A stretch of DNA of 64,000 bases from an uncultured Bacillota bacterium (GCA_947053645.1 CAMRTM010000001.1:105583-169582), one strand, 5' to 3'; shown: positions 49,196 through 57,371, counted from the first letter of the stretch. The notes: generated by a model from the sequence alone, not told the origin. Program-made: numbers and translations.

Positions 49196-49957
49196 ATGAA
49201 AACTTTAATTGTATTTTTATTGATGTTTTTACTATCTCCTATCTCATTACCTACAACGGCAGCACAGGAGACTTATTTTGCAAAAATAATTAATGCAAAT
49301 GTTTATTTCTACGCTCATGCTGACGATGAGTCCGCTTTATTTAAAATTCCTCAGTCCTATTTCGTGGAACTTTATGATAGAGAAAAAACCTTCTATAAAG
49401 CACGGTATCTTGACCTTGAAGGTTATGTTAAAATTGGACAGGTGTCGCCTATGGAAGGTCGACCTGTTACACCTTATTTTAGAAGTAATATAAATGTCTT
49501 TGCTCTTAAGGGACTAGCACTTAATGAATCTCCAAACCTTGAAAGCAAAGAAATTACTGCCCTTCCTTATGACAGTAAAGATACAATCTTTTATGGTGAA
49601 ATGGAGGGAAATAACATCCCAAACAAAAGTACAAAATGGTATTACTGCAAGACTTCTTCCAATCAGCAAGGTTATCTATACTCTGTATTTTGTGATGTAA
49701 TTGAACCCCTTACGGTAAACAATGAAAACTTTACTCCTATTACCAAGGATTTATTTGTAAATAGCAATCCTGCTTCAAGTGGACTTTCCACCACTGCAAA
49801 AACCTTTATCATTCTCGGCGTATCTTTGCCTTGTGCTTTTCTTATCTATCTACTTATCAAACCTTCACTTTCTGGTCAAACACATAAAATTAAAAATAAA
49901 CGCCCCCGCAGAAGACACGGCGACTATTTTGAATTTGATGAAAAAGACCTTTCATAA
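49196..49957 (+). CDS. Secreted protein with two SH3b-like domains and a C-terminal TM anchor
   Basis: Signal peptide; FYKARYLDLEGYV and KWYYCK...QGYLYS are SH3b-like ends; TM followed by a basic tail. Confidence 0.6.
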   Translation: MKTLIVFLLMFLLSPISLPTTAAQETYFAKIINANVYFYAHADDESALFKIPQSYFVELYDREKTFYKARYLDLEGYVKIGQVSPMEGRPVTPYFRSNINVFALKGLALNESPNLESKEITALPYDSKDTIFYGEMEGNNIPNKSTKWYYCKTSSNQQGYLYSVFCDVIEPLTVNNENFTPITKDLFVNSNPASSGLSTTAKTFIILGVSLPCAFLIYLLIKPSLSGQTHKIKNKRPRRRHGDYFEFDEKDLS

Positions 49958-50455
49958 TGCATGTTGCAATCTTCTTTCATCCAGCGTCCCACTTATATTT
50001 ATTCCCTGATAAGCGGTGTAAAATAGTGGGTCTTTTTGTATGATATCTAACAATCTCTTTTCACTGTAGCCATTTTCGCTGAAATATGGTAAAAGTTTTC
50101 CCTCCGCACCTTCAATTTTTCTGTAATATGTACGAATCGGAATATTTAAATTGTTAGCAATCGCTTGACTCTCCTGCCCTTCAATGTATCTTTCTATCAC
50201 AACTTCCGCTTGAGATTCTGTCAGCGTCAAAATATAATTTTCTATTAAAATTTTAAAATTGATATAATTAACCTTCCTCTCACTTAATTCAATTATTTTG
50301 TCGGTAACATCCATAACCGAATTTTCACAATTACTTGATACAAAAAATGACATCTCTGCACGCTTATTAATATGTTTATCTACAGAACTGGCAAATGTTT
50401 CAAGATACTTATAGGTTGTAAGTAATGTCTTGGCAATAATATTGTTTTTCATCAA
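49952..50455 (-). CDS. Sigma70-region-4-like HTH protein, RinA/ArpU/DUF1492-like
   Basis: C-terminal LTESQAEVVIERYIEG..SQAIANNLNIPIRTYYRKIEGA HTH after a helical N-terminus; GGGAGG RBS. Confidence 0.6.
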   Translation of the reverse strand: MMKNNIIAKTLLTTYKYLETFASSVDKHINKRAEMSFFVSSNCENSVMDVTDKIIELSERKVNYINFKILIENYILTLTESQAEVVIERYIEGQESQAIANNLNIPIRTYYRKIEGAEGKLLPYFSENGYSEKRLLDIIQKDPLFYTAYQGINISGTLDERRLQHAL

Positions 50456-50676
50456 AAGTCCTCCCTTTCTCTATTTAAAGTTTAAATTATCAATCTTGAA
50501 TAGTCAACAATTAGTGCCAAAAAATTTTACTTTTTTAAAATAATTTTACAAATATCGTGTTTTTGACGCAAAAATGACGGCAAACATTCGTCATTTCTCG
50601 CCAAATTACACATTATTTTGAGTTCTTATGACTTTATTATTTATATTTTTTATCCCAAAAAAATAATCAATTTTCC

Positions 50677-50705
50677 TTGATTTTTATATTTTTATATGTT
50701 AATAT
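50677..50705 (+). promoter_or_regulatory. sigmaA promoter of tRNA-Leu
   Basis: TTGATT-N17-TAATAT with an extended -10 TG. Confidence 0.55.
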
Positions 50706-50721
50706 TACTTTAAGAATTTTT

Positions 50722-50807
50722 GCCGAAGTGGCGGAATGGCAGACGCAAGGGACTCAAAATCCCTCGAGGGCAACTTCATGAGGGTTCGACCCCCTCCTTC
50801 GGCACCA
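50722..50807 (+). tRNA. tRNA-Leu (anticodon CAA)
   Basis: Acceptor GCCGAAG/CTTCGGC, D-loop GGAATGGCAGAC, anticodon arm AGGGA-CTCAAAA-TCCCT, long variable arm, GGTTCGAC T-loop and encoded CCA. Confidence 0.96.
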
Positions 50808-50935
50808 ATTTTTTTAAATTATAGGGATTTTGAGTCCCTTGGGACATCAACTCCTGTCGGAGCCAGACCGCGAACAAGTCGCTCCCCGGCTTTGGCTAAA
50901 AACAACCCACCGGGTTGTTTTCTTTACGCGTCGCC

Positions 50936-50982
50936 CCCTCGAGGGCAACTTCATGTGGGTTCGACTCCCACCACCAGCACCA
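50936..50982 (+). other. 3' half of a different tRNA-Leu (att-like fragment)
   Basis: CCCTCGAGGGCAACTTCATG is identical to the tRNA variable-arm region; T stem GTGGG/CCCAC; acceptor strand CACCAGC-A-CCA. Confidence 0.8.
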
Positions 50983-50987
50983 CTGCT

Positions 50988-51015
50988 AAAAAAGCCTACT
51001 AAAAAGTAGGCTTTT
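50988..51015. terminator. Bidirectional terminator
   Basis: AAAAAAGCCTACT-AAAA-AGTAGGCTTTT. Confidence 0.8.
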
Positions 51016-51018
51016 ATT

Positions 51019-51264
51019 TTAATCTAAATTTATTTTATTTAAATCTTCAAATAAATCGCTATCAAAAAATTCTAAAACCTTAATGTTTAACGCTTGTAAT
51101 ATTATGAATATTGTTTTTATATTTGCTCCATCATATCTGCCGTATAATAAAGAATACAAGGTCCCTTTACTTTGTCCCGTCATTCTTGCCAATTGATTAA
51201 TGGAAATATCTTTATCATATAATATCTCTCTTATTCTTGTAGACAGACAATTGCTCACTTTCAT
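51019..51264 (-). CDS. XRE/Cro-C1 HTH regulator
   Basis: RIREILYDKDISINQLARMTGQSKGTL...EFFDS. Confidence 0.85.
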   Translation of the reverse strand: MKVSNCLSTRIREILYDKDISINQLARMTGQSKGTLYSLLYGRYDGANIKTIFIILQALNIKVLEFFDSDLFEDLNKINLD

Positions 51265-51284
51265 ATACGCCTACTTTTATTATT

Positions 51285-51527
51285 TTAATCTATATCTAAG
51301 TTTCCCTCATTAAATAAAGGGCTAGAAAAAAACTCTTCTACTGACATCCCTAATGTACGAATAATTACAATAAGTGTAGTTAAATTTACACCTTTATATC
51401 TTGAATACATTAAAGAAGTTATCGTTCCTTTTGATAAACCAGAATTTTTCTCTAATCTATATTGTGTAATGTTTTTCTCATCCAAAACTTCTCTTATTCT
51501 TGTGACTACTGCTTGTGACACTTTCAT
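51285..51527 (-). CDS. XRE/Cro-C1 HTH regulator
   Basis: RIREVLDEKNITQYRLEKNSGLSKGTI...EFFSS; tandem paralogue of 51019. Confidence 0.85.
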   Translation of the reverse strand: MKVSQAVVTRIREVLDEKNITQYRLEKNSGLSKGTITSLMYSRYKGVNLTTLIVIIRTLGMSVEEFFSSPLFNEGNLDID

Positions 51528-51539
51528 AATATCTCCTCC

Positions 51540-51643
51540 ATGTTTTTACATGATTATATTTTAACATAGACATTTTTTTAAATAATTATGTAAAAACATA
51601 GCATTTTTAAAATTTTTGTGATACAATAGGTATGTAAAAACAT
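51540..51643. promoter_or_regulatory. Three ATGT-N4-ACAT operators in the divergent intergenic region
   Basis: ATGTTTTTACAT 51540-51551; ATGTAAAAACAT 51588-51599 and 51632-51643. Confidence 0.65.
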
Positions 51644-51656
51644 AAAGGAGTGAAAT

Positions 51657-52217
51657 ATGGAATGGAATTTAGAAAATATTAAAGAATTAATAGATTTTTT
51701 AAATGAAAAAAATAAAAAAATATCAGATACCGTAGCATGCTTTACAGGGCATAGACCACAAAAATTATCTTGGAAATTTAATGATAATGATGAGAATTAT
51801 AAGCGTGTTTGGGCTGAAACACTGGATAAAATTGAATCCGCCGTGCAAAGAGGCTATCATACTTTTATAACTGGTATGGCACTCGGTTTTGATTTAATGT
51901 GTGCCGACATTGTGTTATGGTTAAAAGATGAATATCCAGAAATAAAACTTTTAGGTGCTTTACCTTGTAAAGACCAAACTAAATACTGGAAAGAAGAAGA
52001 TAAAGAAATGTATAATAAAATACTTTCGCAACTTGACGGCATCCGTTGCATTTACGATAAATACATAGGTCCTGAATGTATGTTTGAACGCAATAGATAT
52101 ATGATTAATAATTCTTCCCTTGTTATCGCGCTATTTGACGGCAAGGCAGGCGGAACAAAACAAACCATTGAATACGCAAAAAATCAAGGGTTAAATATTG
52201 AAATCATTAAACCTTGA
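51657..52217 (+). CDS. YpsA / DUF1273 SLOG-family protein
   Basis: CFTGHRP, FITGMALGFD, ERNRYMINNSSLVIALFDG and GGTKQTIEYA. Confidence 0.9.
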   Translation: MEWNLENIKELIDFLNEKNKKISDTVACFTGHRPQKLSWKFNDNDENYKRVWAETLDKIESAVQRGYHTFITGMALGFDLMCADIVLWLKDEYPEIKLLGALPCKDQTKYWKEEDKEMYNKILSQLDGIRCIYDKYIGPECMFERNRYMINNSSLVIALFDGKAGGTKQTIEYAKNQGLNIEIIKP

Positions 52218-52221
52218 TACA

Positions 52222-52264
52222 AGATTTCTCCACTTCAGGCTATCGCCCTTCGGTCGAAATGACA
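52222..52264 (+). repeat. REP-like palindrome, single copy
   Basis: AGATTTCTCCACTTCAGGCTATCGCCCTTCGGTCGAAATGACA, 4 nt after the SLOG stop. Confidence 0.88.
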
Positions 52265-52392
52265 GTGAATAATAATTCAAAATGGTAAAGAACTAATACT
52301 ATAAACGCTATACAGCCCTAATTTGCGTCAGATTAGCCATTTTTTTATATAAAAATTTGTGAATTATTCATTTTTTTTATTTTTAATAATAT

Positions 52393-52422
52393 TTGACTTT
52401 GCCTTCCTTCCTATGTTAGAAT
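52393..52422 (+). promoter_or_regulatory. sigmaA promoter of the glycosyltransferase
   Basis: TTGACT-N18-TAGAAT with an extended -10 TG. Confidence 0.55.
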
Positions 52423-52464
52423 GATTTTGCAAGAGCATGTCTGCTCTTATCTTTGGAGGTTATT

Positions 52465-53712
52465 TTGGAAGAGAAAAGATTGAAAATCGGACTTTTTAAC
52501 GACACTTTCTTTCCTATGGTAGATGGCGTTGTTATGGTTGTCGATAATTATGCAAAAAGACTTAGTAAGTACTGCGATGTTGTCGTGTTTGTTCCCTCTG
52601 GGAGAACGGATTTTGATGACTCTACACTGCCCTACAAGGTGGTAAGATGTAATTCAAAATTTCCAGTGGTTTTCCTTGATTATGACTTGCCTATGCCTAG
52701 TTCTGATGCAAAATTCTTAAAGCAACTTAAAAAAGAAGAACTTGACCTTGTACATATTCACTCACCTTTCAGCATTGGAAAGTTGGGTGTTAAATATGCG
52801 AAAAAACACAACATCCCTGTTATTGCCACTATGCATAGTCAATATTATAAAGATTTTTTATTGGCGACTAAAAGTAAATTAATTTCAAAACAACTTCTAA
52901 AAAATATTGTTAAAACCTTTAATGAATGTAATGAACTATGGACAATGAATCCTGCTTGTGAAGAATTAAGTCGTACATATGGATACAAAGGAAAAGTTAG
53001 GCTCATGCCAAACGGAACGAATTTAGTGAATGAACATACTTTAGAAGAGCAAACTAAATTTTCAAATGAAATAAGAGAAAAGCATTGTATCTCCCCTGAA
53101 GAAAAAATTTTATTCTACATAGGAAGAATGCATAAGTTAAAAAATTTAGATTTTGTTATTGATGTTTGTAAATATCTTAAGGAAAACAATTTTAAATTTA
53201 AAATGCTTTTTGTTGGCGGTGGTGCCCATATTGATTATTTTCAGAAAAAAGTAAAATCTTTAAAATTAAACGATGTTATTATCTTCGTTGGGCCCGTATA
53301 TGATAATTTAGAAAAGAGTAAATATATTATATCTGCTAATCTTCAAATTTTCCCTTCATTCTATGATACAGATGGTATTGTAAGAATTGAAGCGGCCGCT
53401 TACAATGTCCCTACCGTTTTTATCGAAAATAGCATTGCCTCTTCTGTAATTACTGACGAAGTAAATGGTTATATTGGAAAAGACGATGTAAAACTTTATG
53501 CAGAAAAAATAATTTCTATTTTTAAAGACGAAGCCAAATATCAACTAGTAAGGCAAAAATGCAATGAGGACATTTATATTACATGGGAGTCTATTGCTAA
53601 TGATGTCATTTCTAGTTATAAAGAATTAATTTCTAATTTCAAAATTAATTCTATGTCTGAGAATAAAAAAGTAAAAACTACTCGTCGTTCTTTAAAAACA
53701 AAGAGCATATAG
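52465..53712 (+). CDS. GT4 family glycosyltransferase (glycolipid synthase-like)
   Basis: KIGLFNDTFFPMVDGV, HIHSPFSIG, YIGRMHKLKN and FPSFYDTDGIVRIEAAA. Confidence 0.9.
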   Translation: MEEKRLKIGLFNDTFFPMVDGVVMVVDNYAKRLSKYCDVVVFVPSGRTDFDDSTLPYKVVRCNSKFPVVFLDYDLPMPSSDAKFLKQLKKEELDLVHIHSPFSIGKLGVKYAKKHNIPVIATMHSQYYKDFLLATKSKLISKQLLKNIVKTFNECNELWTMNPACEELSRTYGYKGKVRLMPNGTNLVNEHTLEEQTKFSNEIREKHCISPEEKILFYIGRMHKLKNLDFVIDVCKYLKENNFKFKMLFVGGGAHIDYFQKKVKSLKLNDVIIFVGPVYDNLEKSKYIISANLQIFPSFYDTDGIVRIEAAAYNVPTVFIENSIASSVITDEVNGYIGKDDVKLYAEKIISIFKDEAKYQLVRQKCNEDIYITWESIANDVISSYKELISNFKINSMSENKKVKTTRRSLKTKSI

Positions 53713-53795
53713 TTTTTAGATATAGACCTTTATCTATATCTTTTTTATTTGACTTTTAATTTAGAAACTGCAATAATGAATCTAAGGAGTTATAT

Positions 53796-54629
53796 ATGAA
53801 ATACAAATTTATAGCAGATGCATCTGTCGACATCCCTCAGGAGTTTTTAGACAGGTACGACATTGAAATTGTGCCTATTGAAGTCAATTTTGGCGAAGAA
53901 AGATACCTTGAAGGTATGTCTACCCGCGATTTCTACAAAAAGGTGCATGAGAGTGGTATCATCCCTAAAACCGCTATGCCTAATGCCTATAAATTTGAAC
54001 AAATATACAAAGATTGTGTCAACAAGCCTAACCTCTTCGTTATGACACTTGTTATTTCTATGGAAATGAGTCCTACCAAACTTCAGGCACAAATGGCTGC
54101 TGAAAACCTTGGCATGAAGAATGTTTTTATTGAAGAATGCGCTTGCACCACAGTTGCACAAGGTGCAATAATCTGTCAACTTTGTAGGTACATTGACGCC
54201 CACCCTAATGTCACGCCAGAAGAACTTATCAAAGTCTTCTATCTCCTTAAAGAAAAAGTCCGCCTTTACGCAGTTGTAGACGACCTTAAATATTTGAAAG
54301 CAAGCGGAAGGCTCTCCTCTACTGGAGCGATTGTAGGGTCAATGCTTAAGGTAAAGCCTATCGTAAGCATTGTAGAAGGCAAGGTTATCAATGTCGCAAA
54401 GGTAATGGGTTTGATTAAGGCTGAACAATTTCTAAAAGACAAACTTAAAAATCGTGACCGAGACTACCCTATCTATACCGCACACTCCGACTATGAAGAG
54501 GCAATGCTTAACCTTGTAGAAAAAAGCAAAGAGATAATCGACGGCGATGAAGTCATACTTTGTGAAATTGGGTATGTTGTAGGGTCACATGTCGGCCCTA
54601 AGTGTTACGGATTTGTGTATTTTGAATAA
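53796..54629 (+). CDS. DegV family fatty-acid-binding protein
   Basis: ADASVDI, PKTAMP, DDLKYLKASGRLS, LKVKPI and VGSHVGP. Confidence 0.93.
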   Translation: MKYKFIADASVDIPQEFLDRYDIEIVPIEVNFGEERYLEGMSTRDFYKKVHESGIIPKTAMPNAYKFEQIYKDCVNKPNLFVMTLVISMEMSPTKLQAQMAAENLGMKNVFIEECACTTVAQGAIICQLCRYIDAHPNVTPEELIKVFYLLKEKVRLYAVVDDLKYLKASGRLSSTGAIVGSMLKVKPIVSIVEGKVINVAKVMGLIKAEQFLKDKLKNRDRDYPIYTAHSDYEEAMLNLVEKSKEIIDGDEVILCEIGYVVGSHVGPKCYGFVYFE

Positions 54630-54635
54630 TTTACT

Positions 54636-54815
54636 GGGGAGGAACCATCTCGTCAGACACTCACAAGTTTTTTAAACTTGACTCGTTGCCTCGACGGTTC
54701 CCCGTCCCAATCTCCCTCCGTAAAGTGTCCTTTTGGATTACGCGGGAAAAATGGTACATTTTTCTAATCCGCTTCCTCGCCGAGCAAAGCTCTTCCCCTC
54801 GGAAATCCGCCAGTC
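54636..54815. repeat. GC-rich multi-hairpin intergenic element
   Basis: GGAACC...CAAGTTT/AAACTTG...GGTTCC long stem; shares CAGACAC and CTCG.TG.CTCG..GGTT motifs with 39699-39860. Confidence 0.5.
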
Positions 54816-54902
54816 CAAAATTATTAAATAAAAATAGATAACATAAAAAGTTTATTTCTGAAATTAATTATAAATTAAAAAGTGGCATTGCCACTTTTTT
54901 CA

Positions 54903-55118
54903 TTAATATTCTTTTCTTCCCAATAAATAATCAATAGACACATCAAATAAATCGGCTAATTTAATTAAATTTTTAATACTTGGCAATGTTATACCCCTCT
55001 CATAATTCTGGTAAGACTGATAAGCAATATCAATTTTTTTTGCAACAAATTCTTGCGTCCATTTATTTGCTTCTCTTAATTCTTTTACTATCTTAGAAAA
55101 TAAATATAATTGCTTCAT
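54903..55118 (-). CDS. XRE family HTH regulator
   Basis: VKELREANKWTQEFVAKKI...YQNYERG...LADLFDVSIDYLLGR; start uncertain (55118 or 55133). Confidence 0.88.
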   Translation of the reverse strand: MKQLYLFSKIVKELREANKWTQEFVAKKIDIAYQSYQNYERGITLPSIKNLIKLADLFDVSIDYLLGRKEY

Positions 55119-55157
55119 ATAAAAATAATACAATTAAAAACTGCACTTAATATAATT

Positions 55158-55174
55158 TACAGTTTTAAACTGTA
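55158..55174. promoter_or_regulatory. Operator TACAGT-N5-ACTGTA (1 of 3)
   Basis: Perfect palindrome between the two XRE genes. Confidence 0.65.
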
Positions 55175-55180
55175 AAAACT

Positions 55181-55390
55181 TTATCTTCTCCCTATTAAAT
55201 CATCCAATGAAATATCGTATATATCTGCTAATTTTAAAAAATTAGCAAGTGTAGGTACCGCAACGCCCCTTTCATATGCTTGATAGGATTGATAAGTAAT
55301 ATTCAGTTTACTGGCGACTTGCTTCTGTGTGTAGCCATATCTCTCCCTTAGAACTTTTAGATTTTCACACAAATTATAAAAATAATTCAT
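55181..55390 (-). CDS. XRE family HTH regulator
   Basis: LKVLRERYGYTQKQVASKL...YQAYERG...LADIYDISLDDLIGR; AAGGAG RBS before ATG 55390. Confidence 0.88.
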   Translation of the reverse strand: MNYFYNLCENLKVLRERYGYTQKQVASKLNITYQSYQAYERGVAVPTLANFLKLADIYDISLDDLIGRR

Positions 55391-55406
55391 AATGCTCTCC
55401 TTTTTA

Positions 55407-55461
55407 TTGACAATATACAGTTTTTGACTGTATAATTGTGAAAATACAGTTATAGACTGTA
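55407..55461 (+). promoter_or_regulatory. Consensus promoter with two TACAGT-N5-ACTGTA operators
   Basis: TTGACA-N18-TATAAT (55407-55436); operators at 55416-55432 and 55445-55461. Confidence 0.75.
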
Positions 55462-55477
55462 CTAAAGGAGAAAAATT

Positions 55478-55669
55478 ATGAAAAAATGTTGTTTTACAGG
55501 ACACAGACCCAAAAGTTTACCTTGGGGGTACAATGAAAATAGTTTAAAATGTATTGCTTTTAAAAAACAGTTAAGAAATGTTATCAATAATATCATTGAT
55601 AACGAAGGTGCAACTTACTTTATCACTGGTATGGCTAAGGTTATCATTATTGAAATAAAAAGAAACTGA
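55478..55669 (+). pseudogene. Truncated YpsA/DUF1273 SLOG gene
   Basis: CFTGHRP...YFITGMA, then unrelated sequence and a stop at 63 aa; no continuation seen before the REP cluster. Confidence 0.8.
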
Positions 55670-55692
55670 AGTTCAGTTTCTTTTTCTATTTT

Positions 55693-56173
55693 AGATACAC
55701 TCCGCTCCACTCGCTCACGCTCGTTTCGGTCGGTATGACAGGAGTGGTATAAATACGCTCGCACTCGTTTCGGTCGGTATGACAGGAGTGGTATAAAGAG
55801 ATAGATTTCTCCGCTACGGGATTTGACCTTCGGTCGAAATGACAAAGGAGGAGAAACATGAACTTCGGTCGAAATGACAGTGCCTTAGGCACTTTGTTAC
55901 GCTTCGCTAGATCCCTCCGCTACGGTCGGGATGACAAAAGAAAAAATGGTCGGGATGACAAAAGAAAAAAATGGTCGGTTTGACAAAAGGAAAAATGGTC
56001 GGGATGACAATGGTAGGAGAAAAATAATCCGCTTGAAAAGTTGCGACAAATCGCCAACGGAGTGCGATTTCGTTTGGTCGCAAGAGACAAGCAAGGCGGT
56101 AAGGTCGGAAAAATTTATGCAAGTAAATTTTAAGACCATTTAGCCTTTGCGAAGTCGATCAGTCGGTATGACA
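55693..56173 (+). repeat. Large REP-like cluster including a 24-25 bp tandem repeat
   Basis: GGTCGGTATGACA, GGTCGAAATGACA and GGTCGGGATGACA variants; tandem GGTCGGGATGACAAAAGAAAAAAT at 55924-56010. Confidence 0.88.
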
Positions 56174-56205
56174 GGAAGGTTTATAGGGAGGACAATAGTA
56201 TTCTT

Positions 56206-56439
56206 TTAAAATTTTGGTAGGTAACCAAATGGCTTCAGACGATTTGTTTCTATCTCTATATCAAAAGTTAGTTTCTCCCCCATTTTACGAAAACGCACCA
56301 TTATATCTAATGGGTCTATATAGTTTGATATGATTGGCGAAAGTTCCCCTTTAAGTATCTCACATATACGCTGGGGATCACTGCACTTATCTCGCTCGAG
56401 TACTGAATTTAATCTTTGCTCCATTATCTCATATTTCAT
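56206..56439 (-). CDS. minE: MinE-like topological specificity factor
   Basis: 77 aa directly after minD; QRLNSVLERDK...ILKGELSPIISNYI resembles the MinE N-terminus. Confidence 0.65.
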   Translation of the reverse strand: MKYEIMEQRLNSVLERDKCSDPQRICEILKGELSPIISNYIDPLDIMVRFRKMGEKLTFDIEIETNRLKPFGYLPKF

Positions 56440-56441
56440 AT

Positions 56442-57233
56442 TTACACCCGCTTTTTTATATTTCTTTTTAAATAACCCATTAGTCCACGATATTTATATG
56501 TACAATCAAATATCTTTTTAGAGCCATTATGTATATTCTCACTAAGTAAGGTAAATGCCCTTGCACTTTCTACAGAATTCATATACCCTCCCACCGAACA
56601 AGAACTTGATATTGCGTCATCCTCGGGTATTACCCCAAGTAGTGGCACATGGAGAGAACGAACTATACTTTCTATATTCATAAGTTCCCCATTTAACAGC
56701 AAGTCCCCTCGCATTCTATTTATCACAAGTCCGCGACTTTGTATATCATAGTCGCCTAAAAGTCCCAGCACTTTATCAGCATCGCGTATACTTGACAGAT
56801 GTGGTGTAACAACAACTATCGCTTCGTTTGCTGAGAAAACCGCTCTATGAAATCCTGCCTCGACACCTGCGGGACAATCAATTAATATATAATCAAAACT
56901 TTTATCTAATATATCTACCACATTTTTAATATGCTCGCCAAGTATCTTGGTACGATTATATGAATGAGAGGATGGCATGACATAAAGAGATGATATCTTC
57001 TTATCTTGCACTAAGGCTTGCACAGCACGACATCTGCCCATGATTACATCGGTGATATCAAATACAACCTGATTCTCCACCCCCATGACAACATCAAGGT
57101 TATTTAGCCCTATATCTACATCAATAAGCACCACCCTAAAGCCAAGTTTAGCAAGGTTAGCACCTAAATTTGCTGTTACAGTAGTCTTTCCCACTCCGCC
57201 TTTACCACTTGTTAATACGATTTTTCTTGCCAT
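56442..57233 (-). CDS. minD: Septum site-determining ATPase MinD
   Basis: SGKGGVGKTT, DVDIGLNNLD, DCPAG and SIRDADKVLG. Confidence 0.95.
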   Translation of the reverse strand: MARKIVLTSGKGGVGKTTVTANLGANLAKLGFRVVLIDVDIGLNNLDVVMGVENQVVFDITDVIMGRCRAVQALVQDKKISSLYVMPSSHSYNRTKILGEHIKNVVDILDKSFDYILIDCPAGVEAGFHRAVFSANEAIVVVTPHLSSIRDADKVLGLLGDYDIQSRGLVINRMRGDLLLNGELMNIESIVRSLHVPLLGVIPEDDAISSSCSVGGYMNSVESARAFTLLSENIHNGSKKIFDCTYKYRGLMGYLKRNIKKRV

Positions 57234-57350
57234 ATTTTCTCCTATGGCTAGTTTAATTTATATAGTAAAGTTAGTAAAGGCGATTAATTGACAATAATGT
57301 TTAATTTTAAGATTTCTACGCGACACCTATGATGCAGTCAAAAAACAATA

Positions 57351-57371
57351 AAAAAGTGGCTATGCCACTTT
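57351..57371 (-). terminator. Terminator after the mreB-like gene
   Basis: AAAAAGTGGC-TAT-GCCACTTT. Confidence 0.6.

Noticed and set aside
50572-50596. Inverted pair AAATGACG-N9-CGTCATTT resembling REP tails
   Set aside because: Too short and lacks the AGATTTCTCC arm; could be an operator but is unsupported.
50936-50982. Split or trans-spliced tRNA gene
   Set aside because: No matching 5' half (GCTGGTG...) seen in the window, and split tRNAs are an archaeal phenomenon; an att-like remnant is simpler.
50736-51002. 88-aa ORF
   Set aside because: Overlaps the tRNA-Leu and its trailer; a translation artefact of structured RNA.
47674-52217. Intact prophage at tRNA-Leu
   Set aside because: No integrase, portal, capsid, tail or lysis genes, and strand organisation is mixed; reported instead as an orphan terminase plus att-like debris.
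55660-55700. Programmed frameshift rescuing the SLOG gene
   Set aside because: No YpsA-like continuation in any frame after FITGMA; the sequence passes into REP DNA.
55615-56143. Several short ORFs on both strands
   Set aside because: They are translations of REP and tandem-repeat DNA (VIPT / GMTK repeats) with no RBS support.
55693-56173. Possible CRISPR array
   Set aside because: Repeats are variable REP halves with short, irregular or repeated spacers, and no cas genes are present.
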